Counted from the stretch's first letter, positions 1 to 12,930 are shown. The stretch: DNA of 64,000 nucleotides from Octopus vulgaris (GCA_951406725.2 OX597814.1:42284001-42348000); one strand, 5' to 3'. A program made the numbers and translations. The notes: a model not told the origin generated them from the letters alone.

Positions 1-1190
1 CGTCTTCCTTCCTTCTTCTACAGAAGTCTCCATCAACTGCTCCAGGACTTTGCTTTGTTCCTGAGGACAGATTTTCTTTATATGATCAGGCTCCAGGCAC
101 CGATGACACCTAGGGTGTGACCCTCAAGAATCACCGGGTACCTGCGCCCGACCATCCTTAAAAAATCTGGAAAAACCAGATTATCGTTTGATTTGGTCCA
201 CATGGTCAAAACTGCTTTCGACCCCACCAAATCAACCGCAGGCAGAATTTTGTCATTTAAGAGCTTAGCTCTGCTTACACCTAGACCCCGACGTATAGTG
301 TCTTCTATCCATTCGGGTTCTATTCGGGGTGGCAGCCCACAAACCGAAGCTCTTGTCAATTTCCTTTCACCATATGTGGGGAGAAAAAGAATTTTCTCCC
401 CTTCCAATGGTTAACTCGCAAAATCTCGAGCCTCCCCAAGGGTGTCAAACAGCAACCATAACGTTGCATATTTGACAACCCTTGCCAATATATTTAATAG
501 TTGGCAGATATTCTGCCAACTCCTTTTGAATGTCCGCCTGAGAGAACACAGTGATGGTGTCGAGGGACTTAGAATATGACCTCAACACCACCGTCCTCTC
601 ATTAAAATTTTCCCCCACTGCTTGCGGGCCACAATTTGCTACTCCCATATAGTGTTTTTTTTTTTCTTTTTTGTTGCCATGCTTGCAAAAGAAAAAATAA
701 AGAAACATTTTCAACACAAATCCAAAATATTCCAAATAAAAATGTCCAGTAAAAACACAAAAGAGATCAGAAAGGCAGAGTAGACAAAAAGAATGAACGA
801 AGACAGTTCAATTCAGAGCAACACATTTCCGCCACTCAGGTAATCCACAAGAATACAGGTATTCAGTTCACCGTCGCAGCACAAACAATTCCTCCACGAA
901 TTCATAAATTTTCCAAATTTTGGTGTCGAGACACACCAACCAAAACAACAATTCTTACAGCTAATTGAGTCACTCGGCGCGACCGCAGCAGACAAATGTC
1001 TAGGACCCAGTGAGGATTTCTTATTCGAGAAAAAAACAATATCAAATAAATGAAAATTCCCCAAGGAATCCCTAAAACGACAGATGCCTAACTTGCAGTC
1101 GTGCCTTCAACGGTTCGTTAATTCAAGGCGGCTTACAAGCACGTCTTGCCAGTGTTCTCTCTCGTAAGCGACTGACAAACTCGAGCATGC
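1..1190 (-). mobile_element. 5' part of a Tx1/L1-like non-LTR retrotransposon: 5' UTR plus disrupted ORF1 (RRM-like region and CCHC zinc knuckle), running off the window start
   Basis: Minus-strand ORFs 445-735 and 78-407 join across a stop/frameshift. A further frameshift near 110 gives PRCHRCLEPDHIKKICPQ, a C-x2-C-x4-H-x4-C knuckle typical of gag-like LINE ORF1. Clade assignment is inference. Confidence 0.75.
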
Positions 1191-1194
1191 GTAA

Positions 1195-1237
1195 GTGAGG
1201 TAAGCAAACTATTCACCACACAGCCACTCCTGCGCCT
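1195..1237 (-). mobile_element. Truncated tRNA-derived SINE head abutting the LINE 5' end
   Basis: Reverse complement reads AGGCGCAGGAGTGGCTGTGTGGTGAATAGTTTGCTTACC, with an A-box-like TGGCTGTGTGG. The head stops before any B box. Confidence 0.6.
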
Positions 1238-1238
1238 A

Positions 1239-1270
<32 letters not shown>

Positions 1271-1279
1271 TACATATAC

Positions 1280-1354
<75 letters not shown>

Positions 1355-1365
1355 CATATATATAT

Positions 1366-1432
<67 letters not shown>
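1238..1432. repeat. (TA)n/(GATA)n compound microsatellite
   Basis: Seen directly. Representative of dozens of similar tracts in the window. Confidence 0.95.
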
Positions 1433-2499
1433 TAAAAGCAAATTGTGTGATCAAGGCTTTTCCTTTATGGCTGTTTAGAATATTGAATATCTTGATGTGC
1501 AATGTTATTATAGGTGTAGTACACTTGGTGGGACATCCGTTATGGGAAATCATGTTATCCTGACCTGAAGTTTCTGACAATTAGAATAGCAGAGAACAAT
1601 ATTTCTAAATGTATAAGTGCAATGGGAAAAGAGATAAGAAGCGTTGAAGGAATGGTTAAAAGGAAGAGTTAAAGTGGCGAAAATAGAATGCGGGAAGAAG
1701 TGTGATGTTACAGAATTGCTGTTACTAATTAAAAGATGTCACATAAAGGCATCAAGAAAATAACATAAATTGGCTATAAAAATTGTGAAGTATTCTAAAG
1801 AAGCTACATCAAAGGAAGAACAGTGACTACCATAACAAAAAAAAAACTGAAAGCGAGAAAAGGGATATGTGCAGTGGGCAGTCGAAACGGAGATGCAGGC
1901 AGACACATATTACATAGTATATCAGTTGTGAGAGAAGATAGGGAAAAATGAAAATAAAAAATAAATTATTACGATGATGCGAACGGGCTGACGGTTGCGT
2001 CAAGTGAAGCTGTCAGTAAAATGGGAGTGGAAGAAAGATATGTAATTTCAAGATTGTAAGAGAGGAAGGAGACAAAGAAATACGTTTTAGCTGACGTATA
2101 ATTTGCGTTAGTAATTAATATTCACGCTATGCGTATGCCTGGTGGTATTACTAGTATTCACATTACCGTTGTTAAATATAGTTTTAGCAAGAATGTAGGT
2201 AATAATAGTGTTAATACTAGGCGTTACATGCGACATTATACTTGAGTTTTTAGTTTAGCCTCCATTAGTTTTATGACAGAAGAAATAGTGAAAGTGTATA
2301 ATCCTTAAACAATTATTACTAACGTTGATGCTATTTATGAAAGCGGTAATGGCAGTATCCGCACCTTTCGTATTGTTATGGTATCGTTCTACTTTTAGCA
2401 TCGACGTAAGCTCGGATCTCTAGTAAACAACTAGTAAACAAATTAAAAGAAGAAGAAGAAGAAGAAGAAGAAGAAGAAGAAGAAGAAGAAGAAGAAGAA

Positions 2500-3450
2500 A
2501 AAGGACACAGTTTAAGGTGGTATACAAAAACGCCGCGGAAGAAGAAGGCTGGCGTCATGAAACTTGATAATTGTGCAAAAAAAAAAAAAAGATTACGGAA
2601 GAAGTGAATGCAAAACAAGAAACAGCATTGATAGAGAAAATATGTACAAATATACATGGGAGGTGAAAGCCGAGACAGGTGGCTATGAATGAGGAAATCT
2701 GATTTAAAGATTAAAGAGACAGAAGCACTCATGTACTCGGCTCAAGAACAAGCGTTAAGCACTATGTGGCGGTTGTAATAGGCAACATTACCGACAATGA
2801 CAAATGCAGAATGTGTGGTGAGAGGGTGAAACGGTATGGAACATTGTCAGTAAATGCCTGAAATTAGCAGAACGCGAATAGAAAAGACACCATGACAATG
2901 TAGCCAGATTGATCCATTTGGAGTTCTGTGGAAATCACTGCCTTCAAAGTGCAAAGACGTGGTATGCGCAAACCCAAGAAGGAGTTACAGACAATGAGAA
3001 GCGCAAAATCTTGTGGGATAGAATGATTCAGTGACATCAATTGATCAGACGTCGGAAACCAGACATTGCTGTAGGGAATAAAAAAGAAAGGTCTTTCATG
3101 GTAATCAACATAGCATGCCCTGATGACAATACGATGAAAGAAAAGAAAAAGACTTAAACAAGTATGACGAGTTGAAGTCGGAAATACGCAGGATGTGGTT
3201 AATGATGAGAGTAGACGGGATACCAATAGTAATTGGCACACTTGGAAGTGTCAGCTCTCAACAACCAGCATGGTTGAAAATTACTGGTGGAAGTTTGAAG
3301 GTAGAACACCTACAAAAATCAGCATTGATAAGAATTCTTCGCAAGGTCCTTGGAGCAAGACCAGTAAACAAGTGTCACTTTAGTCTCCTGGCTGTGGACA
3401 TCTGACACTTTTGTTAATACCCAGCAAAATAAGCTGTGAGTTTTTATCAC
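2500..3450 (+). mobile_element. Decayed R4/Dong-like non-LTR retrotransposon 3' fragment (CCHC finger and restriction-like endonuclease)
   Basis: Frameshifted translation gives ETEALMYSAQEQAL, DKCRMCGE..ETVWNIVSKC, KILWD, RKPDI, INIACP, PIVIGTLG and LQKSALIRILRKVL. Followed by (TAA)n. Confidence 0.9.
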
Positions 3451-3454
3451 ATAG

Positions 3455-3647
<193 letters not shown>

Positions 3648-3689
3648 GGCCTAGAGGGAATAGAAAAGTAAACAGGGTAACGTATTTAA

Positions 3690-4080
3690 GTTTGCTCCCC
3701 GGTGAATGTACGGATTTGAAAAGTCAGCGAAAGTGTACGATCATAAAGCAGTAGGCGTCAGCGTGAATAATGAGTTTAAGATATTATGGGATTTTACTAT
3801 CGAGTGTCATTCAGTGATTGATGCTACGAGAGCAGAAATTGTTGTAGTGGATGAAAGGAAGAAGGAAACCAAGATTATAGATGTTCTCATACCTGAAGGT
3901 GCACGAGTGGTTGACAAAACGATGGAAACATTAAAATGTACACGCTACTAAAAACTGGAATTGCATGAATGTGGGCAATGGAGAATGTAACTGTTATAAG
4001 TGGTAGAAGTTTGCTGGAGAAGTTGGGATTGACATGAGAGTAAAACTTTCTCAAAATCTAAATAGCGTGGGGACAGACTC
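3690..4080 (+). mobile_element. Second R4/Dong-like RLE endonuclease fragment
   Basis: ORF 3706-3951 reads KILWDFTIECHSVIDATRAEIVVVDERKKETKIIDVLIP, a degenerate PD-(D/E)xK RLE region. Confidence 0.85.
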
Positions 4081-4239
4081 TATGAAGGTTTTGACAAAGT
4101 TTTACGCTTTTACAGAATTAATCGGTGCAAGTGAAAACGAGAGCTTTCAGATGCAAATAATAAGAATAAAGGGTTCAAATTTTACCACAGGGGCAGCATT
4201 TTTGGGGAAAGGGGATGTGTCGATTCCATCGAACATAGT

Positions 4240-4240
<1 letters not shown>

Positions 4241-4294
<54 letters not shown>

Positions 4295-4296
4295 TG

Positions 4297-4369
<73 letters not shown>

Positions 4370-4390
4370 TAATGAGGAGGAGGAGGAGGC

Positions 4391-4469
<79 letters not shown>

Positions 4470-4482
4470 AATAATAATAATA
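4241..4482. repeat. (TAA)n/(GAG)n/(GAT)n compound microsatellite
   Basis: Seen directly. Confidence 0.95.
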
Positions 4483-4589
4483 ACGAGTTGGACGTGTGAA
4501 AAATTCGCGGAAAACAAAAATTGTAAGCATTTGTAAACAGCGTGCTGGTGCCATGAGAAATATTTCTAATATTATGATTGATTGTCTTT

Positions 4590-4720
4590 ACGTCTTTAGT
4601 TCAAATCCTGCCGAGGTCTACTTTGTCTTTCGTCCTTTCGGTGTCAATAAATTAAGAACCAGTTGTGAACTGTGGTTGATTTAATCAACCGGCCCGCTCT
4701 CCACAAAAATGTGGGGCCTA
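4590..4720 (+). mobile_element. SINE fragment (B box plus conserved core)
   Basis: GTTCAAATCCTGCCGAGGTCTACTTTGTCTTTCGTCCTTTCGGTGTCAATAAATTAAG is homologous to the copy at 5262-5461. Confidence 0.8.
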
Positions 4721-4909
4721 GAAAAGTATATTGTGACAGTTATAGATTATAGAAAGTATAGTAACACAAATGACTATACAGTCCAAGCAAAATAATTTCG
4801 TTATACAAACGTAAACGGAATTACTTTTTAACTTTATAATACATCGCACATATTCAAAACCAAGCCTTCTTGGTTTAGTGGTACGGAACGCTTTTCCGGT
4901 ATTCTTTTG

Positions 4910-5085
4910 TTCTTTTACTTGTTTCAGTCATCTGAAACATGCTGAAGCACCACCCTTTAGTCGAAGAAATTGACTCCTGGACTTATTCTGCTGAACAGCT
5001 AAATTACAGGGACGCAAATGCACCGACGTCGGTTGCCAAGCAATGGTGGTGGTGTTGGGACAAACACAGACACAAACACACACAG
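4910..5085 (-). mobile_element. SINE-derived repeat, 3' part
   Basis: Its tail (rc ...CAGCATG...GACTGAAACAAGTAAAAGA) is similar to the tails at 12061-12100 and 24066-24125. Confidence 0.6.
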
Positions 5086-5097
5086 ACATGCATACGT

Positions 5098-5130
<33 letters not shown>

Positions 5131-5131
<1 letters not shown>

Positions 5132-6347
5132 ACCATGGCGACTGAAGAAGAGGTATTTTCCTTGTGTTATTTGTCCTGTACTCTATTTTTTTTTGTTTTT
5201 TTGTTTAAGAAAATGTCCAGTTCCTTGAGTTTGTGTCTATGTTTTCGTTTCTCATTGTGCTGGGCGAAATGCTTAGCGGTAATTTCGTCTGTCGTTACCT
5301 TCTGAGTTCAAATTCCGCCGAGGTCGACTTTGCCTTTCATCCTTTCGGGGTCGATAAATTAAGTACCAGTTACGCACTGGGGTTGATGTAATCAACTTAA
5401 TCCCTTTGTCTGTCCTTGTTTGTCCCCTCTATGTTTAGCCCCTTGTGGGCAGTAAAGAAATATATACATGTAGATGTAAGTACGTATATATATGTATATA
5501 TATATGCATATGTTTTATTTATTAATATATTATATGACGGAACACACACATCTCTTTCTAAGTAAGATTGTTCTTGATTTTAATGTTGATGCGCACTCTT
5601 AACCGTTCTGTCCCCTCCCTTTCTCAGCCTTCATTCTTTGATTTCCTTTTCTTCTACTTAACTGTCTCTCCCTCTCTCTCCTTCTTCCCTCTCTCTCTCC
5701 CTCTCTCTCATTCTTTATTCTTTCTGGTTTCCTCACAACCATTCCCCTTTCTTCTCTTCCTTTCTCTTACTCCTCCTCCTCCCTCCCGCCGTAAACCCGC
5801 GACGAGAGCCTTGCCAGCTTCTTTCTCGCCTGACCTTCTTGAGGTGTGGACGGCAATTTTCTTTGCTCTCTTCGCCGTCTTCAGAAATAGCGTTCGTAAT
5901 ACTTTTTTTCGTTCGGCTTAACAGCCCTTCTTGTCTTGTTATTTTCCTTGTCCTGTCTTTTACTGCTTATATTTTGTACTGTCGTTACTGTCCTGTTTTT
6001 GTTACCATTTTACCCCTCTGCAAAAAGATCTCAAATTTTATTTGATTTGCTTTTCGCAGGAAGGAAAGTTTCTATCGAAGATTCATCTCGCCTTCACCTT
6101 CGAAACGTAGAGTAGATGAAACCATGGCGATTGAAGGATTTTTTTTTTCCTTGTGTTATTTGTCCTGAACTCTATTTTTTTTTTGTTTAACAAAAATGTC
6201 CAGTTCCTTGGGTTTGTGTATATGTTTTCGTTCCTCATTGTGTTCGACTTTTTTTTTTTGGTGTCCTGTACACATATATGCGTTTATATATACATGTAGA
6301 GGTAGGTATGTACATATATGTATATATATATGTATATGTTTTATTTA

Positions 6348-6360
<13 letters not shown>
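5131..6360 (+). mobile_element. Non-coding Penelope-like element with terminal direct repeats (pseudo-LTR arrangement)
   Basis: 5131-5258 plus 5461-5530 is a direct repeat of 6120-6360 (AACCATGGCGA...ATGTTTTATTTATTAATATAT). The left copy is interrupted by a SINE. GAAACGTA, resembling a hammerhead 3' half, lies just before the right copy. Confidence 0.6.
5262..5461 (+). mobile_element. tRNA-derived SINE with Meta/MESC-like core, nested in the left direct repeat
   Basis: B box GAGTTCAAATTCC followed by GCCGAGGTCGACTTTGCCTTTCATCCTTTCGGGGTCGATAAATTAAGTACCAG. Multiple copies in the window. The core name is from memory. Confidence 0.85.
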
Positions 6361-6413
<53 letters not shown>

Positions 6414-7875
6414 CATACATATATATACATACATACCGGTTGGGAGGTAGTGGTGATGCTGGCTAGTGAGATTTTGCTGTTTGCTGGTATGCCGAGAGAG
6501 ATCCAGCAGGCCCCTAACTGCTTCCCCGATCTTAAAGGTGTAATGTGGATATGTAGTGATGACATATCAACAAATGAGCCAGAAATTCTAAGTTTAAAAA
6601 ATATAGAAAGAAAAAGACAGCGTTGTATTCCGAAGCCAAAAGATGAGTTTTAGCTGAGAAGTAATTTTATAATGAAAACAAATTCAAAAATTTTAATTTT
6701 GGAGCAAACCACTACGTTTTTAGGTGTATGGCTGCTGTTGAAATGGGTTAAAACAATTGTGTGTGTGTGTGTCTGTGTGTGTGTGTACGTATGTGTGTAT
6801 GTGTGGTTGCTATTAATAGCAATATGAGGTCAGTTGCAGAAAGGAATTTAAAATGGCAACATGCACAATCATATACATACAAACAGACACATACATGCAC
6901 ACATATACACAAACACATACCTACTGAGAGAGGCAGACTGATACTAAGTGTCAGATAGTCCACAATGAAGTCTTCACCTCTTTCTCTATCCTACCTGTTG
7001 CTTTGCCACTGAATAGAATTGTTTTCTCGCTCAGTTTTTCCCTTGCTATTAAAACAATAAACGTCCAAAATGATTCAGTGATTCAAAGGAAAAGCAATTA
7101 CGAATGTATTAGACAGCTTTAGCTTTGGATACGGTATCTAATAGTTGCTGTGGTTGAAAACACAAAACAAACACCACCTAACTTTGAGTCACCACTCACT
7201 CCTCTCTCGAGTTGTTGCTGTAATTCGAAGGGTGCAGCCTTGTCATATTATGTGCGAGGCTGAATCTCCTTGAGAACTAGGTTAATGTTATGCATGTCTG
7301 TGGAGTACTCAGCCATTTGTGAGTGAATTTTATTTTCGAGTACTATTAAAAAATGAAATTGACATCCAGTATTTACTGTGTGTATGTACCACCACCATTG
7401 CTTGACAACTTTTCTTTGGATTTACTTATCTAAAGTCTCTCTCAGTTTCTCTCTTTCTCTTTCAGTTCCTTTGTGTCACTCTTCTCTCCCGCTTTTGATT
7501 TAATAAACTGTATATGTATCTATGAATCTACTTCTATTGCGATGAAAGCTGTCACCACTCACTGTCTCTTTCACTCTCTTTCTCTCTCACTCTCTCACTT
7601 TCTCTCACACTCTCCCTTTCTCTCTCTCCCCCTCTCTCTCTCTCTTACTATCTCTCTGTCCTCCTCCTCTCTCTCTCTCCCGCTTTGCCACTTCTTTGAA
7701 TAGGTACGTACAAAACAAGAAGTTAGCGTATTAATATTATTAATAATAGTAATAATAAGAATAATAATAATAAGAAGAAGAATGATGATGATGACGATGA
7801 TGATGATGATGATGAGGAGGAGGAGGAGGAGGAGGAGGAGGAGGCTGATGATGATAAAGCTAATTCCTTCCATTA

Positions 7876-8045
7876 TAGGCACAAGGCCAGATATCTGGGG
7901 CAGGGGGTTACTCGATTACAGGGTTTCATTTGTAATTTACTTATCGATCCCGAAGGGATGCAAGGCAAAGACGACTTCGGCAGAATTTGAACGCAAAACA
8001 TAGCAACGAGCGAAATGCCGCTAAGCATTTTGCCAGGCGTGGTAA
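7876..8045 (-). mobile_element. SINE copy (same family as 5262-5461)
   Basis: Reverse complement contains AAATGCTTAGCGGCATTTCG..GTTCAAATTCTGCCGAAGTCGTCTTTGCCTTGCATCCCTTCGGGATCGATAAG. Confidence 0.85.
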
Positions 8046-8070
8046 CAGTTGTGTCAGCTTATTATTATTA

Positions 8071-8117
<47 letters not shown>

Positions 8118-8129
8118 CATTATTATTAT

Positions 8130-8760
8130 TACATTGTTAGTGCTTGTGAAAGTTTTGCGCAGAATGAGTACAAAAGTAGACAAGTCAAAGGAGCCCAAAA
8201 TCTCCACTGGCTACTATGCCGTAAGTATGGATATGTGGTTACGGGTGCTTGGTACCAACAAACACTGGAAAAGGTAATGGGCGAAAGAGGGAAGGAAAAA
8301 AATTATCTGGGATGTTGATTTCCAGACATACAGACTGTTAGAGCACCGAAGGAACGACATAGTGACCTTTATGACGGACAAGAACGACTAATAATCGACG
8401 TGGCAGTGCCACGAGATCAACAAATCATCAGGAAAGAAAGAGAAAAAGTTGATAAATTAGAAGATCTAAAAATTGAGATCGCTAAGTTGTGGCAGCTACG
8501 AGAGAAGAAAATAAATGTCATTCTTATTATTGGTTTTAATACCACCCAATATGAAAAACCAAAAAAACATTTGAAATCCTTAGAGATACACTAGAATCTA
8601 GATGTATTGCAAAAGGCGGCATTACTTCGAACTGCACGCAAATTGCGTAAAGTACTGTCTGTCTGAGATCCTAGATGTGACCTGACAAACAGTCTAAACC
8701 CCCGGTAAACACAATACACAATAACTTCAGTCAACAACCTCATGCTATTGTGTACTGTGC
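8130..8760 (+). mobile_element. Third R4/Dong-like RLE fragment
   Basis: Translation gives IVSACESFAQNEYKSR..LHWLLCRKYG, IIDVAVPRD, LKIEIAKLW and LQKAALLRTARKLRKVL. Flanked by (ATT)n and (ACT)n. Confidence 0.9.
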
Positions 8761-8771
8761 GACGTTTTTGA

Positions 8772-8824
<53 letters not shown>

Positions 8825-8879
8825 TAAATGTAATTTTATTGTTAATGTAGTTGCTGTTGTTATTATCATTATTATTATA

Positions 8880-8924
<45 letters not shown>

Positions 8925-9285
8925 CTTATTCTCTATTCGTGTTCAGTCACTGTTTTATTGCTTCTCCCCGGGCTTCCTTGCCCGCCAGCTCAAAGCCTAT
9001 TCACTCAATCTCCGAGGACACTGGTATAATCGTTCTGATTTCTAAACACGCTTAAACTCTTGCAGTTCACGCTGTGTTATGTACTTATTTCCTTGTTTCT
9101 GCACCCATCTAGTCCTCGAATCCAAGAGTCGTTCTACTGATCAACTCTTACCTGTAGCATTATTCTCTAATATCCTCGGACACTTAGCCTCAGCCAAGTT
9201 TAGTTAATATATTTCAAAACCAAACAGCATTAATTGTTTATAGAAGTTTCAGCTGGTAAGTTTTGGTGAAGGCATTGCTTTTTAC

Positions 9286-9359
9286 CTTATTGATTGATGC
9301 CCTGGCTGAAGTTCCTGTACCATGTCTTGTTCTAATTTTTTGAGAAAGTAGAACATTTA
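9286..9359 (-). CDS. Possible downstream exon: VNVLLSQKIRTRHGTGTSARASINK
   Basis: Acceptor AATTTTGTAG, donor AAG|GTAAAA, open in phase 1. It joins exon 6 directly, or needs an intervening exon after exon 7. Confidence 0.3.
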
Positions 9360-10748
9360 CTACAAAATTACATTTTCTAAGTTATTATTATACCTTATTT
9401 CAGCAGAAGTTCATAAGAATGTATTGAAAACATTTCGATATCTAGTAGTGGATGTGAACCGACAAATTTCCGTTAAGTGTTGTATTAATCCTTCAAACTC
9501 ATATAAATGTTAACCCTGTATTAAATTCCGGAATTTTATCAAAATCTTGTCAACGCAAAAATTTCAAGTAAAACCTAGTAATTAAGGAGACTTCACCACA
9601 GCTAGCTACCACAATTTAAAGGTGGATTACGAACACCTATCCATTTTACACATAAGTAGTTATGATGAATAATATGAACAAAATGAATATATTCACTATT
9701 GTATTTATGTTTTCATTTTACTTTCTCTCATACTTATTCCGATGTGTCTTTTTTAATGGTTAATGAAATCATAATATTTGTTTACATTTTAAACCACTCG
9801 TTGAAGTTGTTATTTACATTCTGATAAATGGAAATAACACCTGTTTGTACCTCTGTGGTTTTCTTCTTGTTGAAAACATATTTTACATAAAAGCTTTGTG
9901 TACAATGTATTTGCGTTTCAATACGGCTCTGACATTTATTTTCGAAGATGTAAAACTTGTAACCCACATGTATAAAAAGTGGTTTTCATTTCATTAAAGC
10001 GTACTCTCACACACAGACACACACATTCTCTGTCTCTCTCTGTCTATCTCTGTCTCTCTCTATCTCTCTCTCTCTCTCTTACTCTCTCACATGCACAAAC
10101 AACCAGAAACACACTCATGTTCACTTGCAGTTGTCACAAATTTCAAAAAAAGTTTCAACAAACAATTACGACACTGAATTTCTTCCTGTCATTTCATTTT
10201 AGTTTTAATACTTGTGTACTGCCAAACAAACCTATTTATAAAAATGATTTGACATATACAAATATATGTATTTCACAGATTTCTTTATTTGAATATAGAT
10301 CTCCATTTATTTAAGCAAAATACTCTAATCATCACATTGTTCAGGTGAATTCCCAGTTCTTTTGACAAGCAAACATTTTACTAATACTTTTTTTGTTTTA
10401 TTTTTCACCTAATTGTGTTTTTTTTATAAATATATTTATGAAAGTCACTTATATGTTATTTTGAGATACTTTTTATTGAGAATCATTTTCGAATACAGAC
10501 ATTCAGCGGAGTTTTGTTTACCTATATGCTTATTTTTCTTTTAATGTATTTTTCGAAAGTTTATAGCATATTTGTGAAAAATATGTGTTGCTTTGTGAAT
10601 ACGTTAAACAAGATTGTGAAAAATATATTCATAAAAATGTATACAAAAAAATTATTTCCTTGTTCACTGACAATATTGTAAATATATATGAATGTGTGTG
10701 TGTGCATGAGCATGTGTTTGGGAGTTGCATGGCTGCCTGTGAACTTAC

Positions 10749-10783
10749 TTCGTTTCCAGATGCTGTGCTAACTAAAACGGTGG
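10749..10783 (-). CDS. Predicted exon 7: ATVLVSTASGNE
   Basis: Acceptor TTCTAATTCAG, donor GAA|GTAAGT. Phase 1 to 0 is open. Confidence 0.5.
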
Positions 10784-11315
10784 CTGAATTAGAATCCCAT
10801 GCGTGAAATTTATTGCTTATTGTTTAATGTCTTTTCTTTACATTCTTCATGTTTTCTTCCTATTCTTATAGATTGTAAATATCATATTTTTACATATTTG
10901 AAATCAGCTTTATATTTAAAAATATTGTTTTGTTTAGTCTTGTCATGTTCAACATGACGTGAAAGTACAATGCGTTTATCTGCCTTATTCCCGTTTTTGA
11001 CCTCTCTCTACCCCCGCAATTCGTTTCCCGGTTAGAAACATGAAAGATATTGCAAATTTTGTAGTCATTTTTTTAACACAATCTCATAATTACAAATATT
11101 TTTTCACTGTCTTTCATGATATTAGTCGCCTTATGATTGAAAGGCTCTTATAAATATGCAAACACATATGTGTGTTTGACTTGTGTGTGTATGATCTACA
11201 CTTACACACACATTCCTCCTCCTCTACCATTCTTCTGCCTTTCACAATACTACTCTCAAGTCTTTGAAAATATCTTTCTTCACCCATTTCCTTCCGGTCT
11301 TTCAAAATGTGTCCT

Positions 11316-11510
11316 CGTGTGTACCGTTGGCGATTTTTTCCCCCTGTCTTCCCTTCTCCGGATATTTCCTTCTCCTATGTTTCCGACGAAGAGCTCCGCT
11401 CGAAACGTTAAACCCTCCTTCTTTCCTTATTTCCTGAGCGTCCAATAATACTATATTTGTTCCACATCCTCGCGTTGTTGTGTTTTTTTGTGCTTTCTTT
11501 TTTTGGATTA
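11316..11510 (+). mobile_element. About 200 bp Penelope-like non-autonomous element carrying a hammerhead motif
   Basis: Inverted homologue of 33790-33995. Ends in (TA)n. Confidence 0.75.
11379..11413 (+). ncRNA. Minimal type I hammerhead ribozyme motif (U4C variant)
   Basis: GUUU-CCGACGA-A-GAGC(UCC)GCUC-GAAA-CGUU-AAAC. Stem I GUUU/AAAC; palindromic AACGUU stem III. Confidence 0.65.
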
Positions 11511-11511
11511 T

Positions 11512-11571
<60 letters not shown>

Positions 11572-11768
11572 TTACATATATATGGGGGTGTATTGTATGT
11601 GTGTGAATGCATGTATATACATCTATGTATATATATATATATATATATATATTGTGTTTTTTACTGAGATCTCCCTTTTTAGTAGAAGAAATAGCTATAA
11701 CTCTTTAACTGCTATTTCTAAATTCGGTCTGTGGTAAGGCAATTCGTCGCTAAACTCTTTATTGCTTA

Positions 11769-12036
<268 letters not shown>

Positions 12037-12060
12037 TTTTTTTTGTTTTTGTTTTTTGTT

Positions 12061-12272
12061 TTTCCAGTTTCAGCTCTTGAGCTGTGGCCATGCTGGGGCA
12101 CCGCCATTGTGGTGAAAGAGTACAGCAGGGATCACCACCCCCTGCCGGAGCCTCGTAGAGCTTTTAGGTGTTTTCGCTCAATAAACACACACAACGCCCG
12201 GTCTGAGAATCGAAACCGCGATCCTGCGACCGCGAGTCCGCTGCCCTAACCACTAGGCCATTGCGCCTCTAC
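12061..12272 (-). mobile_element. tRNA-derived SINE with intact pol III head
   Basis: rc GTAGAGGCGCAATGGCCTAGTGGTTAGGGCAGCGGACTCGCGGTCGCAGGATCGCGGTTTCGATTC has A and B boxes. Tail GTGCCCCAGCATGGCCACAGC...CTGAAAC is shared with 24066-24125. Confidence 0.85.
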
Positions 12273-12287
12273 ATATATATATATATA

Positions 12288-12331
<44 letters not shown>

Positions 12332-12359
12332 ATATATATATTTATTTATTATATATATA

Positions 12360-12399
<40 letters not shown>

Positions 12400-12505
12400 T
12401 TATATATATATATAAATGATATATATATATATATATATTTATTTATATATATATATAAATGATATATATATATATATATTTATTTATATATATATATATA
12501 TATAT

Positions 12506-12930
12506 GTAGGTCCCGGGTTGATTCGGGGTTAACCACAGTAAGTAAGGTACTCAATACATAGCAGAGTAAAATTAATTTATTATATAGAAGGAGCTTCTAC
12601 AGGACTAGTACTGTTTCATTCAAGAGAAATCTTCAGGAAGCTATTTAACAAGAATTGTATTAGCATTTATACATTTAGGCAGGTTTAAAGGAGTGGTGGT
12701 GGGGGACTTTTTTGGGGGTAGGCATAGCGCAAAATATCATACTTGGGGGAGTGGTCAAGGAGTCAGTGGTAAGTTAGATGAAAGAATAGATAAATAAAAA
12801 AATAAAAAAATAAAAAAATAAAAAAATAAAAAATATATATAAAAAATATATATATAAAAAATATATATATAAAAAAAGGGGGATAGAGTTATAGGTAAAT
12901 AAGGAGATTCTCACTTATACCTATACACAT
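12506..12930 (-). mobile_element. Probable Penelope-like element end containing a hammerhead
   Basis: Unique-looking block between (TA)n tracts that contains the hammerhead at 12592-12642. Element identity is inferred from the ribozyme. Confidence 0.45.
12592..12642 (-). ncRNA. Type I hammerhead ribozyme
   Basis: AGCUUC-CUGAAGA-UUUC(UCUU)GAAU-GAAA-CAG(UACUAGUC)CUG-UA-GAAGCU. Complete core, 6-bp stem I, 4-bp stem III, GUA cleavage triplet. Confidence 0.8.

Noticed and set aside
9782-9967. ORF SRIETQIHCTQSFYVKYVF as the exon linking exon 7 to 9286-9359
   Set aside because: Phases could fit, but the acceptor lacks a polypyrimidine tract and the donor is weak; left out of the model.
12200-12272. 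tRNA gene
   Set aside because: A and B boxes are present, but no acceptor stem closes and the sequence continues into a SINE body and tail.
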